Positions 60,699 to 64,000 of a stretch of DNA of 64,000 nucleotides are shown here, in pieces. This stretch comes from Spirochaetota bacterium (GTDB lineage: Bacteria > Spirochaetota > UBA4802 > UBA5550): the NCBI GenBank assembly GCA_050298055.1, contig JBNKTL010000022.1:1-64000 (forward strand). The letters are read 5' to 3'. The position numbers and the translations under genes were made by a program. The notes beneath the pieces were generated by a model. That model saw nothing but the letters and a program-made list of their open reading frames with translations, did no database searches and was not told the DNA's origin. The stretch's first letter is position 1. The number at the start of each line of letters is the position of its first letter.

Positions 60699-61451
60699 AT
60701 GTATCCAATTCTCTTCAACTATAAATTTATCACAATAGGCGGTTACGGGCTGATGCTCGGCATAGGTTTTTACGGTGCCTTTCTCCTCATGGAGAGGGAA
60801 CTGGGACTTATGGGCAAAAATCCCGAGCTGGCGTATAAAATCCTTCTCGGCGCAATACCCAGCGGAATTATCGGTTCAAAGTTGTTCCATATCCTGGAAC
60901 ATATTGACCAGTTCCTGAGTAATCCCCGGGACATGATCTTCTCGGGAGCGGGACTCTCAGCTTACGGCGGCTTTGTGATGGCATTTATTGTTTCCTTTTT
61001 CATTATCAAACTGAGCAAAGAAAATATAATGGAAATATACGATGCGGCGGCGATACCTATGGCATTCGGATATTCCCTGGGCAGGTTTGGCTGCCATGTA
61101 GCGGGAGATGGCGATTACGGCCTGGTTACAACGACCTTTTTCAAAACGGCCTATCCCAACGGGATTGTACCCACAACTGTAGAAGTCTTCCCTACCCCGC
61201 TCTTCGAGGTTTTCTTTTCTTTCCTTGTCCTCGCCTTTTTACTGAACCTGAGGAAACGCCATCTTGCATCAGGCCAGCTCTTCTTCACATACCTGATACT
61301 TAACGGAATACCCCGCTTCCTTGTTGAATTTATAAGGCTTAATCCCGAAGCTGCATTTAACCTTACCCAGGCCCAGATTGTCTCTATCTTCTTTGTGATT
61401 ACAGGGATAATCGGAATCATCATTGCCGGGAGAAGAAAACCTGCTCTTTAG
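60699..61451 (+). CDS. lgt: Prolipoprotein diacylglyceryl transferase
   Basis: MYPIL, YGLM, GLSAYGG, GRFGC...GD.YG, PT.L.E, RF.VEF.R. Confidence 0.9.
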   Translation: MYPILFNYKFITIGGYGLMLGIGFYGAFLLMERELGLMGKNPELAYKILLGAIPSGIIGSKLFHILEHIDQFLSNPRDMIFSGAGLSAYGGFVMAFIVSFFIIKLSKENIMEIYDAAAIPMAFGYSLGRFGCHVAGDGDYGLVTTTFFKTAYPNGIVPTTVEVFPTPLFEVFFSFLVLAFLLNLRKRHLASGQLFFTYLILNGIPRFLVEFIRLNPEAAFNLTQAQIVSIFFVITGIIGIIIAGRRKPAL

Positions 61452-61505
61452 TAACTTGAACAGTTACTACTTCGGCTTTATGGCTGGAATAAACTTATTT
61501 AATAA

Positions 61506-61547
61506 AATATCCCCGCCACCTGAGGCGGCGGGGACATATCAGTTATC
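61506..61547. repeat. REP-like family A, copy 6
   Basis: ATATCCCCGCCACC-TGA-GGCGGCGGGGACATATCAGTTATC. Confidence 0.8.
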
Positions 61548-61686
61548 TTATTTAATGAATATAATTATTTTTATATTAATCCTGAGTTGTGACACTTAAA
61601 TAATCAATATACTCATGTAACAGAACAAAAGGCCGGTTTACATATTGTATATATACCATAAATGTTCAGGTATGGAGGTGGATGAT

Positions 61687-61812
61687 ATGTCAGTACATCA
61701 TCATCATATGCCATGGACAGTGAAGTTAGCGGCCGGATTATTTCTATTATTCGCAGCAGAGTTGTATATCTATCTGCTTATAGCGAAATATATCCAGTCA
61801 TTGCTGAATTAA
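61687..61812 (+). CDS. 41-aa single-TM small protein with N-terminal His4, absent from ORF track
   Basis: GGAGGTG RBS; MSVHHHHMPWTVKLAAGLFLLFAAELYIYLLIAKYIQSLLN. Confidence 0.55.
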   Translation: MSVHHHHMPWTVKLAAGLFLLFAAELYIYLLIAKYIQSLLN

Positions 61813-61948
61813 ATTATTCGATTAATACAGCCGTTGAACAAAGGAACTCATTAAAAAGCTGATATCTGTATCTGCCGATTATTTGTTACCCCTTCAACTG
61901 ACAAGAGCACATATATCGATAAATTGAACATAAGGAATCCTAATGTTC

Positions 61949-61978
61949 TTGACATATACATTTAGATAATAACATAAT
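61949..61978 (+). promoter_or_regulatory. Candidate sigma70 promoter
   Basis: TTGACA-18 nt-CATAAT, 33 bp upstream of ATG 62012. Confidence 0.5.
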
Positions 61979-62011
61979 GTTACCGATGTTTTTCAACCAG
62001 GTATTTTTCAG

Positions 62012-63517
62012 ATGCAGATAGCCTCGATCCTTCCACTCCTGATGATGTCAATTGCATTGTATGTGGGTCTTTACAGCCTTCTCTTTTATTTAAGAGTCAG
62101 GACCGAAACATCTAATCTCTTTTTTTCCGCATCATGTTTTTCCGTTGCCGCATACGACTTCTTCTGTTCCCGGGTTTACAGTTTGCATTCCGTTACCGGG
62201 AGCGGGCTCCTCATGAAAGGACAATTTATCAGTTTGCTGTTTATTGCTCTCTTCATGCTTCTCTATATAAAAAATATTGTTAACATGAAAGAGAAGTCCG
62301 AACTGAGAGTGATAGAGGTATTCATTTCAGCAGTGTCCGTTTTTTTATTTGTTATAATACTCAACGAACCTTTCTTTAATGAATCAATGCCGCATATCAC
62401 ACATATCCCGTTTCTTAATATTACCTATACTGAAGCTAAAGCTGATCCCGTAGAAATAATGTATTCACTTTACCTTCTTTTCTTTATCATTATGATCTGG
62501 TCAAGTTATGCAATTACACGAAACTACAGGATGGGTCTAAAGTACCTGAAACCAATTCTCATTGCTATGGTAATTTTTTATATTACCGCGATCAATGATA
62601 TACTGGTTGGCATGGGTATAATATCAAATCTCTACCTCCTTGAATACGGATTTACTCTTTTTGTTATCGGGACTGCCGTGTCCCTGCAGGGAAAGTACCT
62701 GGAGATGTATAAAAAAATTGAGAACATGAACAAAACTCTCGATGAGCAGGTAAAATTGCGAACAGGTGAACTTGTTGAGGCCAGGGACTGCCTCGAGGTG
62801 GCAAACAGCGAATACAGGGTGCTGCTGCAGGTGCTGAGCCACGACCTGACTAACAACCTGAGTTCGATTATTTCAAGCATAGAGATGATAGAAGATCATG
62901 ACGCAGCCTTTGACGACCTAAAAGACGTCCTCTCCCTGTCGGCAAAAAACGCCCTTAACCTCATTGAGATTGTGAGGAACATCAGGGCAATTGATGATAA
63001 AAAAATAGAACTTAAAAATGTAAATCTTCTGGAAGCCGTAACGGAGTCTCTTGCAATAATGAATAACAGGATAGCTTCAAAGAATATTGTTCTCAACATA
63101 AACATCGATAATTCACTGAGTGTTATCGTTGAAAAAGTTTCATTTATAAACTCTGTGATGAATAATATTCTCTCCAATGCAATAAAATTCTCACCCCCGG
63201 GGAGCAGAATATTCATATCTGCGGCAAATTGCACAAAGCAAAAAGACAACGGTCGTAATATCAAAGAAATCGAATTATCTTTTCGTGACCAGGGAATCGG
63301 CATCCCGGAAGAGGAGCTGAAGAATATCTTTCAGCTTTCCCGGACAAAAAGCCGTCTGGGCACTGAGGGGGAAACAGGAGTCGGTTACGGAATGCCGCTT
63401 GTAAACAGGTTTATAAGCCTCTATGACGGGAAAATTAAGGTTGATTCAATTGAGAAGACCGGTCATTCAACAGACCATGGAACAACCGTCACGATGATAC
63501 TCAATTCCGGGAAATGA
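62012..63517 (+). CDS. 7TM sensor histidine kinase
   Basis: About 7 TM, LSHDLTN, NILSNAIKFS, DQGIG, G.GYGM. Confidence 0.9.
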   Translation: MQIASILPLLMMSIALYVGLYSLLFYLRVRTETSNLFFSASCFSVAAYDFFCSRVYSLHSVTGSGLLMKGQFISLLFIALFMLLYIKNIVNMKEKSELRVIEVFISAVSVFLFVIILNEPFFNESMPHITHIPFLNITYTEAKADPVEIMYSLYLLFFIIMIWSSYAITRNYRMGLKYLKPILIAMVIFYITAINDILVGMGIISNLYLLEYGFTLFVIGTAVSLQGKYLEMYKKIENMNKTLDEQVKLRTGELVEARDCLEVANSEYRVLLQVLSHDLTNNLSSIISSIEMIEDHDAAFDDLKDVLSLSAKNALNLIEIVRNIRAIDDKKIELKNVNLLEAVTESLAIMNNRIASKNIVLNINIDNSLSVIVEKVSFINSVMNNILSNAIKFSPPGSRIFISAANCTKQKDNGRNIKEIELSFRDQGIGIPEEELKNIFQLSRTKSRLGTEGETGVGYGMPLVNRFISLYDGKIKVDSIEKTGHSTDHGTTVTMILNSGK

Positions 63518-63583
63518 GTTTATAAAAAAGGGGCGCTCAAAACTGATGCCCCTCATGATACGGAATAAAATTATTCCTCTCTA

Positions 63584-63793
63584 TTATTTCTTTTTACCCA
63601 GCCCGTACTTTTTGTTGAATTTCTCTACTCTTCCCGCCGTATCAACGATTTTTTGTTTCTTTGTATAGAAGGGGTGGCAGTTCGAGCAGATCTCAACATG
63701 CATATCCTTTACCGTAGCTCTCGTTTCTATTACGTTGCCGCAGGCACATTTAATCTTGGTTTCCGTATATTCAGGATGTATTCCAGCTTTCAC
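63584..63793 (-). CDS. rpmE: 50S ribosomal protein L31 (Zn-binding type)
   Basis: [31 protein letters not shown]. Confidence 0.97.
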   Translation of the reverse strand: MKAGIHPEYTETKIKCACGNVIETRATVKDMHVEICSNCHPFYTKKQKIVDTAGRVEKFNKKYGLGKKK

Positions 63794-63812
63794 TTTTTAT
63801 TCTCCTTTTTAA

Positions 63813-64000
63813 TTATGAATTCATCAGCTTGAAAAAGGCCTTGTTATTTTTTGTAGACCTCATCTTATCAATCATGAGTTCCATGGCCTCAGTTGAGCTC
63901 ATGGACGCCAGTGCTTTCCTTAAGACCCATAATTTATTAAGTTCATCTTCGTCAAGCAGTAATTCCTCTTTTCTTGTACCGGATTTATTAATATCTATCG
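63813..64000 (-). CDS. rho: Transcription termination factor Rho, 3' end
   Basis: Manual translation IDINKSGTRKEELLL...WVLRK...AME.....TKNN..F...MNS*; directly upstream of rpmE. Confidence 0.92.
   Translation of the reverse strand, partial: IDINKSGTRKEELLLDEDELNKLWVLRKALASMSSTEAMELMIDKMRSTKNNKAFFKLMNS

Overview
A 64 kb gene-dense window from an anaerobic bacterial chromosome. The gene mix (membrane-anchored TPR+Mrr-like proteins, MCPs, rho-rpmE) suggests a Spirochaetota-type organism, but that is inference only. The left half is an energy/redox region. It holds the start of a Na+-NQR operon (nqrM-like, nqrA, nqrB, nqrC), a cytoplasmic NuoE/NuoF-FdhA formate dehydrogenase, and a Tat-exported formate dehydrogenase with HybA/NrfD-type partners and fdhE. 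It also holds a pentaheme cytochrome c/4Fe-4S/NrfD module with no catalytic subunit. That module is divergent from a CxxCH-bearing sensor kinase and two receiver proteins whose only output is a glycine-cleavage-H-like domain. Four genes split by the ORF track read through in-frame UGA codons at selenocysteine positions: both FDH alpha subunits, a TxxU peroxiredoxin lipoprotein and a UxxC thioredoxin lipoprotein. The right half is mostly housekeeping and signalling: ilvD, an S1 protein, MCPs, a STAS protein, tRNA-Ala(GGC), greA, an M16 peptidase pair, lgt, rpmE and the 3' end of rho. Intergenic spaces carry at least four families of short palindromic or inverted repeats. No CRISPR array, rRNA or intact transposase was seen.
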